Positions 11,332-20,750 are shown, numbered from the stretch's first letter. The stretch: DNA of 64,000 nt from Zoogloeaceae bacterium (GCA_031273565.1 JAISRR010000175.1:10651-74650); one strand, 5' to 3'. The notes: generated from the sequence alone by a model not told the origin. Made by a program: numbers and translations.

Positions 11332-12207
11332 CTAGAATCCCAGACTGCCCAGCAGATCGTCGACCTGCTGCTGATTGACGACCACATCGGAACGCCCTTC
11401 CGCATTGACGACCGGGCCATTCATGAGACTGGTCACTTCTTCCGAACGCTTGTTCTCCGGCACAACTTCAAGCAACGCCGCCATCAGCCCGTTTTCCAGA
11501 TCTTGCGCCAGGGCGACAATCTTCTTGATGACCTGCCCCGTCAAATCCTGAAAATCCTGCGCCATCATGATTTCCAGCAGTTGCGCATTGACCACACTCG
11601 CCCGCTGCGGCAGGCCGGTATTCAGATAAGCGCGGGTTTCTTCCGCCAGTTGCTTGAATTCGTCGGTGGTCAGCTGGTTGGCGAACACCTTGTCCCAACG
11701 TTCGCCCAGGTCTTTGGCCGTGCTGCCCAGCGCGTCCATCGCCGGTTGCGCCATATCGGTGGCGTTCAGCACCCGGCAGGCGGCCTGCTCGGTGAGGCTG
11801 GCGACATAGGCCAGTCTGTCCTTGGCGTCCGGCAGGGCGCTGGCGGCGGTTTCCAGTAATTTGTCATAACCCAGTTCGTGCAGGGTATTGTGCAACTGCC
11901 GCGCCATCTGACCGAGACGATTGAAGACGCTTTCCTGCGTCGACCAGTCGCCTTCGGGCGCTGCGCCATCGGAGGGTGATGGCGGAACGGCAAAAACGGG
12001 AGCCGGGGCAGCGGCGGGCGGGGCGGCGCGCTGCGTTTCGGCGGCGATCGTATCGAACAACGCTTCCAGATCGGCGTCGTCGTTACCCGGTGCGGGGGTC
12101 GAAGCCGGAACAGGGGCGGGCGGCGGCGCCGCTACCGCAGTCGCGGACTGGGCGACCACGCTATCGAAAAGGGCTTCCAGATCGGGGTTATCGTTATCCG
12201 GGGTCAT
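11332..12207 (-). CDS. cheZ: CheY-P phosphatase CheZ
   Basis: MMAQDFQDLTGQVIKK; C-terminal QQQVDDLLGSLGF. Confidence 0.95.
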   Translation of the reverse strand: MTPDNDNPDLEALFDSVVAQSATAVAAPPPAPVPASTPAPGNDDADLEALFDTIAAETQRAAPPAAAPAPVFAVPPSPSDGAAPEGDWSTQESVFNRLGQMARQLHNTLHELGYDKLLETAASALPDAKDRLAYVASLTEQAACRVLNATDMAQPAMDALGSTAKDLGERWDKVFANQLTTDEFKQLAEETRAYLNTGLPQRASVVNAQLLEIMMAQDFQDLTGQVIKKIVALAQDLENGLMAALLEVVPENKRSEEVTSLMNGPVVNAEGRSDVVVNQQQVDDLLGSLGF

Positions 12208-12224
12208 GTTTTTACTCCATACCC

Positions 12225-12617
12225 TCAGGCTTGCGCCATTTTTTCAAAAATTTTGTTCAGTTTTTCCGCAAGCGTCGCGGCGGTAAAGGGTTTGACGATA
12301 TAGCCGCTGGCGCCAGCCTGGGCAGCGGCGATGATGTTTTCCTTCTTTGCTTCCGCCGTCACCATCAACACCGGCAGGTGTTTCAGGTTCGGCGAGGAAC
12401 GCACGGTCTGCAACAGGGTCAGACCGTCCATGTTGGGCATGTTCCAGTCCGTAACCACGAAATCAAAAGACTCATTATTCAGTTTCTGCAAGGCGATGGC
12501 GCCATCTTCCGCTTCGTCGACGTTGGTGAATCCGAGTTCTTTCAGCAGGTTACGCACGATACGCCGCATGGTGGAGAAATCATCCACAACCAGAATTCTC
12601 AGTTTAGGATCGGGCAT
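12225..12617 (-). CDS. cheY: Chemotaxis response regulator CheY
   Basis: [20 protein letters not shown] and VKPFTAATL. Confidence 0.96.
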   Translation of the reverse strand: MPDPKLRILVVDDFSTMRRIVRNLLKELGFTNVDEAEDGAIALQKLNNESFDFVVTDWNMPNMDGLTLLQTVRSSPNLKHLPVLMVTAEAKKENIIAAAQAGASGYIVKPFTAATLAEKLNKIFEKMAQA

Positions 12618-12647
12618 GCTTTTGGCTCCAGTACTTTTGCCGTTCAA

Positions 12648-13586
12648 TCAATGTTCAATCAGGGGCCGCAGGGTATCCGCCAGCACTTCCGCGTCGAACT
12701 TGGCGACATAGGCGTCCACCCCGACCGACTTGCCCATCGCCCGGTTCGCTTCGGACGACAGGGAAGAGTGCATGACCACGGGCACGCCCTCGAAACGGGG
12801 GTCTCCCTTGATGTTCTTGGTCAGCACGTAGCCATCCATTTCCGGCATTTCGGCGTCGACCAGAATCAGGTTGACCTCGTCGCGCATCGGAATGCCGACC
12901 TGTTTGGCATGCGTGGCGATGGCCTGCAGGCGCGTCCAGGCTTCCGCGCCATTGTTGGCATGTTTGTGCTTGACGCCCAGTTTGTCCAGCACTTCGGCAA
13001 TTTTTTTACGCGCCACGATGGAGTCGTCGGCAAAAAAGACATTGGTATCTTCTTTCACCTGCGCCGGCGCCACATCGACAATGACGGCTTCGCCGAAGGC
13101 GTTGGAAAGAATCTGTTCGACATCAAGGATGGACACCAGATGCCCGTCACCCAATTCGATCACGGCGGTAATCAGCCCCTGATTGGAGTTCAGCACGCTT
13201 TCCGGCGCTTTGACCTTTTCCCAGTCCACCCGGATGATGCGGTCGACTTCGTGCACCAGAAAACCCAGCGTGCGCTTGGAGTATTCGGCCACCATCATGC
13301 TGCCGCCCAGATCCTTCGGCGGGTTGTCCAGTTCCAGAAAAGACGACAGGGAAAGCACGGGAATCACGTTGCCGCGCAGGGAAACCAGACCTTCCACGCC
13401 GCGCGGCATATTGGGCGTTCTGGTGATGTGCGGGGTGCGGCCCACTTCGCGCACCTTGAAGACGTTGATGCCGAAAGTTTCATTGGTGCCCAGGGAAAAA
13501 AGCAGAATTTCCATCTGGTTGGAACCGGCCAGCCGGGTACGGGCGTCGACGCCGGCGAGCAGGTTCTTGTTTGCTTTCATGTCCAT
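12648..13586 (-). CDS. cheV: CheV (CheW + REC), second copy
   Basis: FGINVFKVREV; REC motif DAEMPEMDGY; MHSSLS. Confidence 0.92.
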   Translation of the reverse strand: MDMKANKNLLAGVDARTRLAGSNQMEILLFSLGTNETFGINVFKVREVGRTPHITRTPNMPRGVEGLVSLRGNVIPVLSLSSFLELDNPPKDLGGSMMVAEYSKRTLGFLVHEVDRIIRVDWEKVKAPESVLNSNQGLITAVIELGDGHLVSILDVEQILSNAFGEAVIVDVAPAQVKEDTNVFFADDSIVARKKIAEVLDKLGVKHKHANNGAEAWTRLQAIATHAKQVGIPMRDEVNLILVDAEMPEMDGYVLTKNIKGDPRFEGVPVVMHSSLSSEANRAMGKSVGVDAYVAKFDAEVLADTLRPLIEH

Positions 13587-13602
13587 GAGTTTTCTCCTCC
13601 GG

Positions 13603-14574
13603 TCAGGCCGCGACCGGCGCGGGCAGGTTGGAAGTCAGGCGTCGCGCCAGTGTTTCGGAAAGTCGCTGCGGCTCGAACTTGGGCACATATTCGTCGACCC
13701 CGACCGACAGCCCCAATTTTTGATTGGACATGCCGGAAAGCGAGGAATGCATAATCACGGGGATGGTCGCGAAACGCGCGTCATTCTTGATTTTCTTGGT
13801 CAGAATATAACCATCCATCGCGGGCATTTCAATGTCGGTCAGAATGAGACTGATGAATTCGGCGGGCGACCTGCCGATGCCGTCGGCGTAATTCGCCATT
13901 TTTTCCAGTTCGTCCCACATCTGCTGCCCGTTGTTGGCCGCGACATATTTGACGTTCATGGCGTCGAGCGTACGCATCACCTGTTTCCTCGCCACGACGG
14001 AATCGTCACAGAAGAATACCGTGAGATCGGGATTATCCAGCTTCGGCAGATTTTTGAAGCGCATGTCATCATCGTCGGTATGCGCGGTGTCGGAGAGTAT
14101 TTTCTCCACATCCATCATCATGATCAGCCGCCCGTCGTCCAGTTCGGTCACCGCCGTCACCAGCCCGCCCATCTGGGCCATCAGCATTTCCGGCGGCACC
14201 CGCATCATGCTCCAGTCCAGCCGCAGGATGGTGTCGACCGCTTCAACCAGAAAACCCTGGGTGTGCCCGTTGTATTCGGTGACAATCATGACATCGCGCT
14301 TGACATCGGAATCCACCCAGGCGTACTTGGCCAGATCGACCACCGGCACCAATACCCCGCGCAGGCTGACCATGCCTTCCACCGCCGGAGGCATGTCCGG
14401 CGCGGCGGTGATCGGCGGCGTGCGCATCACCTCCCGCACCTTGAAGACGTTGATGCCGTAAGTCTCCCGCCGCCCGGTGCGACGATCCTCGCCCAGCGAA
14501 AACAACAGGATTTCCAGCTTGTTGGTGCCTGCGAGCTTGGTTCTCGCGTCAATACTTTTGAGCAGTTCGGACAT
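13603..14574 (-). CDS. cheV: CheV (CheW + REC), first copy
   Basis: YGINVFKVREV and DIEMPAMDGY; start set at MSELLKS. Confidence 0.92.
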   Translation of the reverse strand: MSELLKSIDARTKLAGTNKLEILLFSLGEDRRTGRRETYGINVFKVREVMRTPPITAAPDMPPAVEGMVSLRGVLVPVVDLAKYAWVDSDVKRDVMIVTEYNGHTQGFLVEAVDTILRLDWSMMRVPPEMLMAQMGGLVTAVTELDDGRLIMMMDVEKILSDTAHTDDDDMRFKNLPKLDNPDLTVFFCDDSVVARKQVMRTLDAMNVKYVAANNGQQMWDELEKMANYADGIGRSPAEFISLILTDIEMPAMDGYILTKKIKNDARFATIPVIMHSSLSGMSNQKLGLSVGVDEYVPKFEPQRLSETLARRLTSNLPAPVAA

Positions 14575-14711
14575 CTCAAATCCCCCAAACATTCTCTGGA
14601 CGACAAACCCTGTCATCGCAGACAAAAACACGTACTTTCAAGAATACACAGAATTCGCGCGTTTCGAAACTGTGCATGCAATTCGTAACATTATGAATCT
14701 GCGGGGACGTC

Positions 14712-15818
14712 TTACCGAAAAAGCGACAACACTCTGGGCGTGATCTGCTCGATGTCGACCACTTCCTCGACCGCGCCGATCAGGAAAGCTTCTCGCGGCA
14801 TGCCGTACACCACGCAACTGGCCTCGTCCTGACCGAAGGTTCTCGCCCCCGCCTTGCGCATGGACAGCAAACCCTGCGCGCCATCCCGACCCATACCGGT
14901 CAGGATGACGCCAACCGCCTGTTTGCCCATCACGGCGGCGGCGGAAGCGAAAAGCACATCCACCGAGGGGCGGTGCCCATTCACGGGCGGCGTTTGCACG
15001 AGTTGCGTATACAACCGGTTGCCCTCCTTTCTGACCTGCATGTGATGGTTGCCCCGTGTGACATAGACGTTACCGCTTTCGACCAGTTCTCCGCCCTGGG
15101 CTTCGCGCACTTTGGGCTGGCACGCCCTGTCGAGACTGGCGGCGAACACGGAACTGAACGTTTCCGGCATATGTTGCACGATCAGGATGGGCGGACAATT
15201 GGCCGGCATCCCCATGAGCACCTTCTTGATGGCCTCGGTGCCGCCGGTTGACGCCCCCAGAAAAATGACCTTGCCCCCCCCCGCGCCGACCGCGAAATGT
15301 ACAGGCGTCCCGCCGGATGGCGCCATGCCGGAACGCGGCGCAACGCGCGGCGCGGCCTGCGGAACCGGCGTGCCGGTGACGCCTGCGGACTTCGCCGCCG
15401 CCCCCGTGGGGCGGACATTGACGCGCAGATGGGCGCTTTTGGCCGCGCGGATTTTTTCCGCCAATTCCAGTCCATACGCTTTCAGGTTGTCGGCTCTGGG
15501 CTTGGCGATAAAATCCACCGCGCCCAGTTCCAGCGCCTTCAGCGTGGTTTCCGAGCCTTCCTGGGTGAAGGCGGAAACCATGACCACCGGCACAGGCTTC
15601 TTTCGCATCAGCCGTTCCAGAAATTCCAGACCGTTCATGTCCGGCATCTGCACATCCAGTGTGATGACATCCGGCTTCAAGCCTTGCAACATGTCGCGGG
15701 CGGAACGGGCGTCTTCCGCCGCGCCGACAACTTCCAGATCGGGCGCGGCATTGATGATTTTGCTCAATTGCTTGCGCATGAAGGAGGAATCATCCACCAC
15801 CAGAACACGAATTGACAT
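14712..15818 (-). CDS. cheB: Chemotaxis methylesterase CheB
   Basis: REC domain plus GASTGG, QHMP, HRPSVD and GMGRDGA. Confidence 0.95.
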   Translation of the reverse strand: MSIRVLVVDDSSFMRKQLSKIINAAPDLEVVGAAEDARSARDMLQGLKPDVITLDVQMPDMNGLEFLERLMRKKPVPVVMVSAFTQEGSETTLKALELGAVDFIAKPRADNLKAYGLELAEKIRAAKSAHLRVNVRPTGAAAKSAGVTGTPVPQAAPRVAPRSGMAPSGGTPVHFAVGAGGGKVIFLGASTGGTEAIKKVLMGMPANCPPILIVQHMPETFSSVFAASLDRACQPKVREAQGGELVESGNVYVTRGNHHMQVRKEGNRLYTQLVQTPPVNGHRPSVDVLFASAAAVMGKQAVGVILTGMGRDGAQGLLSMRKAGARTFGQDEASCVVYGMPREAFLIGAVEEVVDIEQITPRVLSLFR

Positions 15819-15859
15819 AGGCAATCCTTGTAATCAAACCCGGAAAACCCGGTGTATTT

Positions 15860-16825
15860 TTAACGTGCTTTTCCGGCGATTTCGTACACGGTTTTACCCA
15901 GTGACCGAAAGAGATCGGCGGCATGCAGGAAACTTTCCGAATGTCCAGCGAACAGACGACCATCCGGTTGCAGCAGGGGAACGAAGCGGGACAGTATCTT
16001 GTACTGCGTCGGCTTGTCGAAATAAATCATCACATTGCGGCAGAAAATCACGTCCAGCGGCCCCTTCACCGACCAGACCGGATCGAGCAGGTTCAGCCGC
16101 CTGAAGCTCAACATCCGGCGCAGTTCCGGCTTGACGCAGTACGAACCCGCCTGACTGCCCACGCCATTGGTAAAATAACGCTTCAGTTGATCGGGCGGAA
16201 TCTTGTCCACGCGGTCGCTGGCATACACGCCTTTTTCCGCGATCGCCAGCACATCGGTATCCAGATCGGAACAGAACACGCTGACCTGCGGGCCGCCATT
16301 CGGGAAGGTATCGGCAACCGTCATGGCAATCGAATAAGGTTCCTCGCCGGTGGAAGCCGCGCAGCACCAGATGTTGATCTGCCTGCGCCTGGGCGCAATT
16401 TCGCGCAGATACCCGGCCAGCAGCGGAAAATGGTGCGGCTCGCGGAAAAAGGAAGTGAGGTTGGTGGTCAGGGCGTTTACAAAACTTTCCCATTCCATCG
16501 CGCTCCGACTTTGTTCCAGACGATTCAAATACTGTTCAAAGGATTTCATGCCCGTCACCCGCAGGCGACGCGCAAGGCGGGAATACACCATGTCCTGCTT
16601 GGCGATCGAGAGCGAAATGCCGGCCTTGGCGTAAATCAGTTTGCGCACCCGCTCGAAATCGGCGGGCCTGAATTCAAATTCCCGCGCCGCAGCCCCGCTC
16701 ATGAGCGGCTCCACATTGCTCGACTGCCGGATGGCCGCCAACCGTTGCGTCAACGTAAGCGCCTGCCCCGGACGCGCGACCGGAGCAGACGGAGTGACGG
16801 GAGGACGGGGAGGCCTGGAGAGCAT
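15860..16825 (-). CDS. cheR: Chemotaxis methyltransferase CheR
   Basis: TTNLTSFFRE, AASTGEEPYS and IFCRNVMIYF; start uncertain. Confidence 0.93.
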   Translation of the reverse strand: MLSRPPRPPVTPSAPVARPGQALTLTQRLAAIRQSSNVEPLMSGAAAREFEFRPADFERVRKLIYAKAGISLSIAKQDMVYSRLARRLRVTGMKSFEQYLNRLEQSRSAMEWESFVNALTTNLTSFFREPHHFPLLAGYLREIAPRRRQINIWCCAASTGEEPYSIAMTVADTFPNGGPQVSVFCSDLDTDVLAIAEKGVYASDRVDKIPPDQLKRYFTNGVGSQAGSYCVKPELRRMLSFRRLNLLDPVWSVKGPLDVIFCRNVMIYFDKPTQYKILSRFVPLLQPDGRLFAGHSESFLHAADLFRSLGKTVYEIAGKAR

Positions 16826-17044
16826 TGGATAAAGGGTTCAGCACTGCAAAGATGCGCTCATTATGCGGGATTTTTCGCCGAACGACACCTCCATCAGGGC
16901 AATTGCACACGCAGATGTCGTCAGCTTTTGGGGAACGCGTTGGCCATCAGCGGTTGATGAGGGGGCAGTATCGTTTGCGGCGCTTCACGCCAAAAAGTCG
17001 AACGCGTCGACCAACGGCGCGAATGCCTCCTGGGAGCGCGGGTT

Positions 17045-17114
17045 CAGGTAGGGCGCTTTCTCCGAAAGCGCCGCATGTTAAACAAACGGCGGTATCGTAG
17101 ATCCCGCCCTGCCT
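17045..17114. repeat. GTAG-type REP doublet, copy 2
   Basis: 70 bp matching 2977-3046, with perfect stem GGCGCTTTC-TCC-GAAAGCGCC. Confidence 0.8.
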
Positions 17115-17115
17115 G

Positions 17116-17143
17116 CCGTCATTCCCTTGCAGGGGAATGACGG
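17116..17143. repeat. CGTC-type REP-like palindrome
   Basis: CCGTCATTCCC-TTGCAG-GGGAATGACGG, a perfect 11-bp stem. Confidence 0.65.
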
Positions 17144-17277
17144 TGTTTGCGGCCAGTGCCCCGGAGTCAGGCAAATGCGATTGCCCTGACACCTCCATGC
17201 CCCTTTGCGCGCGGAGAACAGGCAACCGTGGCTCAGGGGCGGCAGCGCCTTCATCGGGTTTACAAACGGCGAAAAGG

Positions 17278-17302
17278 CGGGCGCGGCATGCCGCGCCCCG
17301 AC
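17278..17302 (-). repeat. REP-like palindrome GTCGGGGCGCGGCATGCCGCGCCC
   Basis: Perfect palindrome GGGCGCGGCATGCCGCGCCC with a GTCG 5' tetramer on the minus strand; flanked by the inverted pair CGGGTTTAC/GTAAACCCG. Confidence 0.55.
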
Positions 17303-17327
17303 GATCCTGCTCACGTAAACCCGCAAT

Positions 17328-17359
17328 GTTTCAATCCACGTCCGGCAGGCCGGACGAAC
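17328..17359 (-). CRISPR. Single type I-C-like CRISPR repeat (no array, no cas genes in window)
   Basis: Minus strand GTTCGTCCGGCCTGCCGGACGTGGATTGAAAC: 32 nt, internal palindrome, GTGGATTGAAAC 3' end. Confidence 0.45.
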
Positions 17360-17550
17360 GCACGGAAGGGGTTACGCCCCTCCTGTGCAAGCAGGATTAC
17401 CCCCCTGAAGGGGGCGGTTTCCGACCGAAGTCAGTTTTCGATGAAGTAATATATATTATCGTCTCACGGCTTCCCATATACTTCGGGTTTTGGCTGAAAC
17501 ATCTGCTTACGGCAGATCAAGCGCCTGTGCCTTCATTACGAATCTTCACC

Positions 17551-18405
17551 ATGCTGCGTCGTTTCTTTCTGGCATTGCCGTGTTGCCTGTTCATCCTGTC
17601 TGCCAGCCCGGTCTTTGGCGAACAGGCGATTTTGCATCTGGGCATCGCGCCGTTCAATTCTCCGGTCACCCTGTTCAAGACGCATCAGGCTTTGCAGCAG
17701 TACCTTGAACAACGTCTGCAGCGCAGCGTCAGACTCTACACCTCGGCGAATCACGCCGCCTTTCTCGCGGACTCACTGAACGGTCGCTTCGATATCATCA
17801 TCACGCCGCCGCACTTTGGCGCCTTGTGTCTGGAACACGGCTACGCGCCGCTGGTGCGTTACCGCGCCCCCATGCCCGTCATCTTCGTCGTGCGCGCCGC
17901 CAACGGGATCAAGACAACCGCCGATCTGCGCGGCAAACGCATCGCTTTCCCTGAACGCACTTCCTTTTTTTCCGTGGCGGGCGTCAGAAAACTGGAAGAG
18001 ATCGGCATGCATGCGGACACGGATTATCAAATGCTGGAACGCCCCAGTCACGCGGCGGCCATCATCGCCGTCACCTTGAAGGACGTGGATGCCGCCGTGA
18101 CCACCTACGGCCCGTTGAACCAGATGTCCGCCGATACGCGCGCCCAGATCGAGATCATTCACCCCGAAGCAGGCGAAAACACGCCGCACCTCATGACCCT
18201 GGCGCGCGCGCAGCTCGGCGCCAGCCTGATCGCAAAAATCCGCTCTGCATTGATGGCATTTCCGGCCACGGATCAGGGCAAGGCGTTTTTCCAGATGACC
18301 GGGTATGAAGGGTATGCGCCCATCACGGCACGGGACATCAGGCAGGTACAACCTTACACCGACCTGATCCGGCCTCTGGCGCCACTGAAACCGGATACGC
18401 CATGA
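17551..18405 (+). CDS. PhnD/phosphonate-type periplasmic substrate-binding protein
   Basis: Signal peptide MLRRFFLALP...; LGIAPF, DLRGKRIAF and SHAAAI..V..KDVDAAV. Confidence 0.82.
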   Translation: MLRRFFLALPCCLFILSASPVFGEQAILHLGIAPFNSPVTLFKTHQALQQYLEQRLQRSVRLYTSANHAAFLADSLNGRFDIIITPPHFGALCLEHGYAPLVRYRAPMPVIFVVRAANGIKTTADLRGKRIAFPERTSFFSVAGVRKLEEIGMHADTDYQMLERPSHAAAIIAVTLKDVDAAVTTYGPLNQMSADTRAQIEIIHPEAGENTPHLMTLARAQLGASLIAKIRSALMAFPATDQGKAFFQMTGYEGYAPITARDIRQVQPYTDLIRPLAPLKPDTP

Positions 18406-20750
18406 TCCGCTACCTGGCCCGTTCTTTTCGCATGCGGCTGCTGCTGGGCAGCTTTCTGGTCTGCCTGCTGATGGTCGGGGCGCTCATCTACAACAGCGTC
18501 TCGCTCGCCGACCGTTACCTGCAGGAGCAGGATAACGAAAACATTCAGTCAGTCGGCATCGCGTTCAGTTCCGCCATTCTGCCCGACCTGCTCACCGGCG
18601 ATTACGCTTCCCTGCGCGAAACGCTGGAAGAATGGCGTCACTCGGAACATGTGAACTATCTCGCGGTTGTCACGGAAGAGGGCAGCCGCATCGCGGTCGG
18701 CTGGCCGGATTCCGCCTCTCTGCCCCAACCCGGCGAATCGGACGGCGCCATGAACGCCGTGTTCCCGATCGGCATCGACGGACAGCAATATGGCCAGTTG
18801 CATATCGGGATGAACACCGCGTTCATCACCAGGGCCAGACAGTCCATGTTCGAGCAAAGCGTCCTGATCGCCATCATCGGCATCGCGGCGTTGACCTTCT
18901 TCATGTCGCTGGTCATTTACTACATGACCCGCAGGCTGATGCTGCTCTCGGATGCCAGCATCCAGGTGACGGAAGGCAATCTCGATCTGCGTATCCAGGT
19001 CAACGGTCACGATGAAGTTGCGCAACTGGCGGAAAATTTCAACCTCATGGTCGACGCCATACACACCCGCATGCATGAACTGGAAGACAGCGAGCTGCGT
19101 TTTCGCGCCATTGCCGACTACACCCACGCCTGGGAAAACTGGTTTGACCCGGAAGGTCGGCTGCGCTGGGTGAATCCTGCTGTGCAGCGCATCACCGGCT
19201 ATACCCCGGAAGAATGCATGCAGATGGAAGATTTTCCGCTCTCCCTGGTGCACGACAACGACAAGGGGCTGGTGCGTCACCAGATGCGGCAGGCGTTGGA
19301 TGGGCTTAGCGGTCAGGACATGGAGTTCCGCATCACGCGCAACGACGGACGCAGCCTGTGGTGCGCCATCTCCTGGCAATCCATCCACGATGCGCAAGGA
19401 CTCTCTCTCGGCTACCGCTCCAGTGTTCGCGACATCACCCTGCAACATCACGCCACCGAAGAACTGGCTTATCAGGCGATCCACGACTCGCTCACCGGCC
19501 TCTTCAATCGCCACGCCTTCGAACAGCAGTTGCAGCAGGTGTTGGGCAAACATGAATCCCAGCCGGTCTCCATCCTTTATCTTGACCTTGACCAGTTCAA
19601 GGTCATCAACGACACCTGCGGTCACAGCGCGGGCGACCAACTCCTGATCAGCCTGTCCAAGGCCCTGCAAAACCACGTCGGACAGGACTTTCTGGCGCGT
19701 CTGGGCGGTGACGAATTCGGCATCCTCATGCGCAATTGCGACGAAGACGAAGCCGTGCGCCGCGCCAAGGCGCTCGTCGACAAAATCCGTTCCCATGTCT
19801 TCACTTACGGGGGACGCAGTTTCCGCATCGGCGCGTCGGTGGGCGTGGTGCGCGCCGGCCCCGGCATGGACAATTTCACGGACATCCTGATGGCGGCGGA
19901 TACGGCCTGCTACGCCGCCAAGGATCATGGCCGCAACCGCGTCGAGCTATATACCGAAGCCGACGAATATTTCCGCCTGCGTCACGAAGAATTCCGCTCC
20001 ATCGGTCATGTCACGACGGCGCTGACCGAAGGGCGCTTCCTGCTCTACTTCCAGCGCCTCGAACCCTTGCGTCCCGGCGCGCCGCGCCATGTCGAAATTC
20101 TGATCCGGCTACGGGATTTTCTCGACAACATCCAGCCGCCTTCCCGTTTCATCAACGCCGCCGAACGGTTCAACCTGATGCCCTACATCGACCGCTGGGT
20201 GGTGGAAAATGTCTGTCGGCAGTTGGCCGAATGGCGGCAGGCGGGCACGTCGACCGGCATTGACCGTTATGCCATCAATATCTCCGGCGCCAGCCTTTCC
20301 GACCGGGAATTCCCGGATTACGTACGCCATCAGATCACGCTTCACCAGATCAACCCCGTGAACCTCTGTTTTGAAATCACGGAAAGCTGCGCCATCGGTC
20401 AACTGGGGCAAGCGCTGGATTTCATTGAGCAGATGCGTAGCCTGGGCACGGCGCTGTCTCTGGATGATTTCGGCAGCGGGTTGTCTTCCTTCGCCTACCT
20501 GAAACAATTCAAGGTCGATTACCTCAAGATCGACGGTCAGTTCGTCAAGAATATCGACCACGACGCATCTGACTGCGCCGTGGTGCAGGCGATGGTGCAA
20601 CTGGCCCGGGCGCATGGCCTGAAAACCGTGGCGGAATTTGTGTGCAGCGAAGCAATCTACGATGTGGTCAATGAACTGGGCGTCGATTACGCGCAGGGCT
20701 ACGCCTGCCACATTCCAGAACCGTTGAGCAATCTGGGGGCAGAGGACTGA
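18402..20750 (+). CDS. Membrane HAMP-PAS-GGDEF-EAL c-di-GMP enzyme
   Basis: Two TM helices, HAMP (DEVAQLAENFN), PAS, RLGGDEF, EILIR, DDFGSG, KIDG and QGY. Confidence 0.93.
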   Translation: MIRYLARSFRMRLLLGSFLVCLLMVGALIYNSVSLADRYLQEQDNENIQSVGIAFSSAILPDLLTGDYASLRETLEEWRHSEHVNYLAVVTEEGSRIAVGWPDSASLPQPGESDGAMNAVFPIGIDGQQYGQLHIGMNTAFITRARQSMFEQSVLIAIIGIAALTFFMSLVIYYMTRRLMLLSDASIQVTEGNLDLRIQVNGHDEVAQLAENFNLMVDAIHTRMHELEDSELRFRAIADYTHAWENWFDPEGRLRWVNPAVQRITGYTPEECMQMEDFPLSLVHDNDKGLVRHQMRQALDGLSGQDMEFRITRNDGRSLWCAISWQSIHDAQGLSLGYRSSVRDITLQHHATEELAYQAIHDSLTGLFNRHAFEQQLQQVLGKHESQPVSILYLDLDQFKVINDTCGHSAGDQLLISLSKALQNHVGQDFLARLGGDEFGILMRNCDEDEAVRRAKALVDKIRSHVFTYGGRSFRIGASVGVVRAGPGMDNFTDILMAADTACYAAKDHGRNRVELYTEADEYFRLRHEEFRSIGHVTTALTEGRFLLYFQRLEPLRPGAPRHVEILIRLRDFLDNIQPPSRFINAAERFNLMPYIDRWVVENVCRQLAEWRQAGTSTGIDRYAINISGASLSDREFPDYVRHQITLHQINPVNLCFEITESCAIGQLGQALDFIEQMRSLGTALSLDDFGSGLSSFAYLKQFKVDYLKIDGQFVKNIDHDASDCAVVQAMVQLARAHGLKTVAEFVCSEAIYDVVNELGVDYAQGYACHIPEPLSNLGAED

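Noticed and set aside
9502-13754. Long + strand ORFs (487 aa and 592 aa) and similar ORFs at 46281-48200 and 56525-57988
   Set aside because: They are antisense shadows of well-supported genes in GC-rich DNA and carry no motifs.
17255-17420. A true CRISPR array
   Set aside because: Only one convincing repeat; the neighbouring palindromes differ in sequence and are spaced 25-27 nt, shorter than typical I-C spacers.
17137-17550. N-terminal extension of the 422-aa ORF
   Set aside because: It reads through repeat hairpins; the signal peptide begins at ATG 17551.
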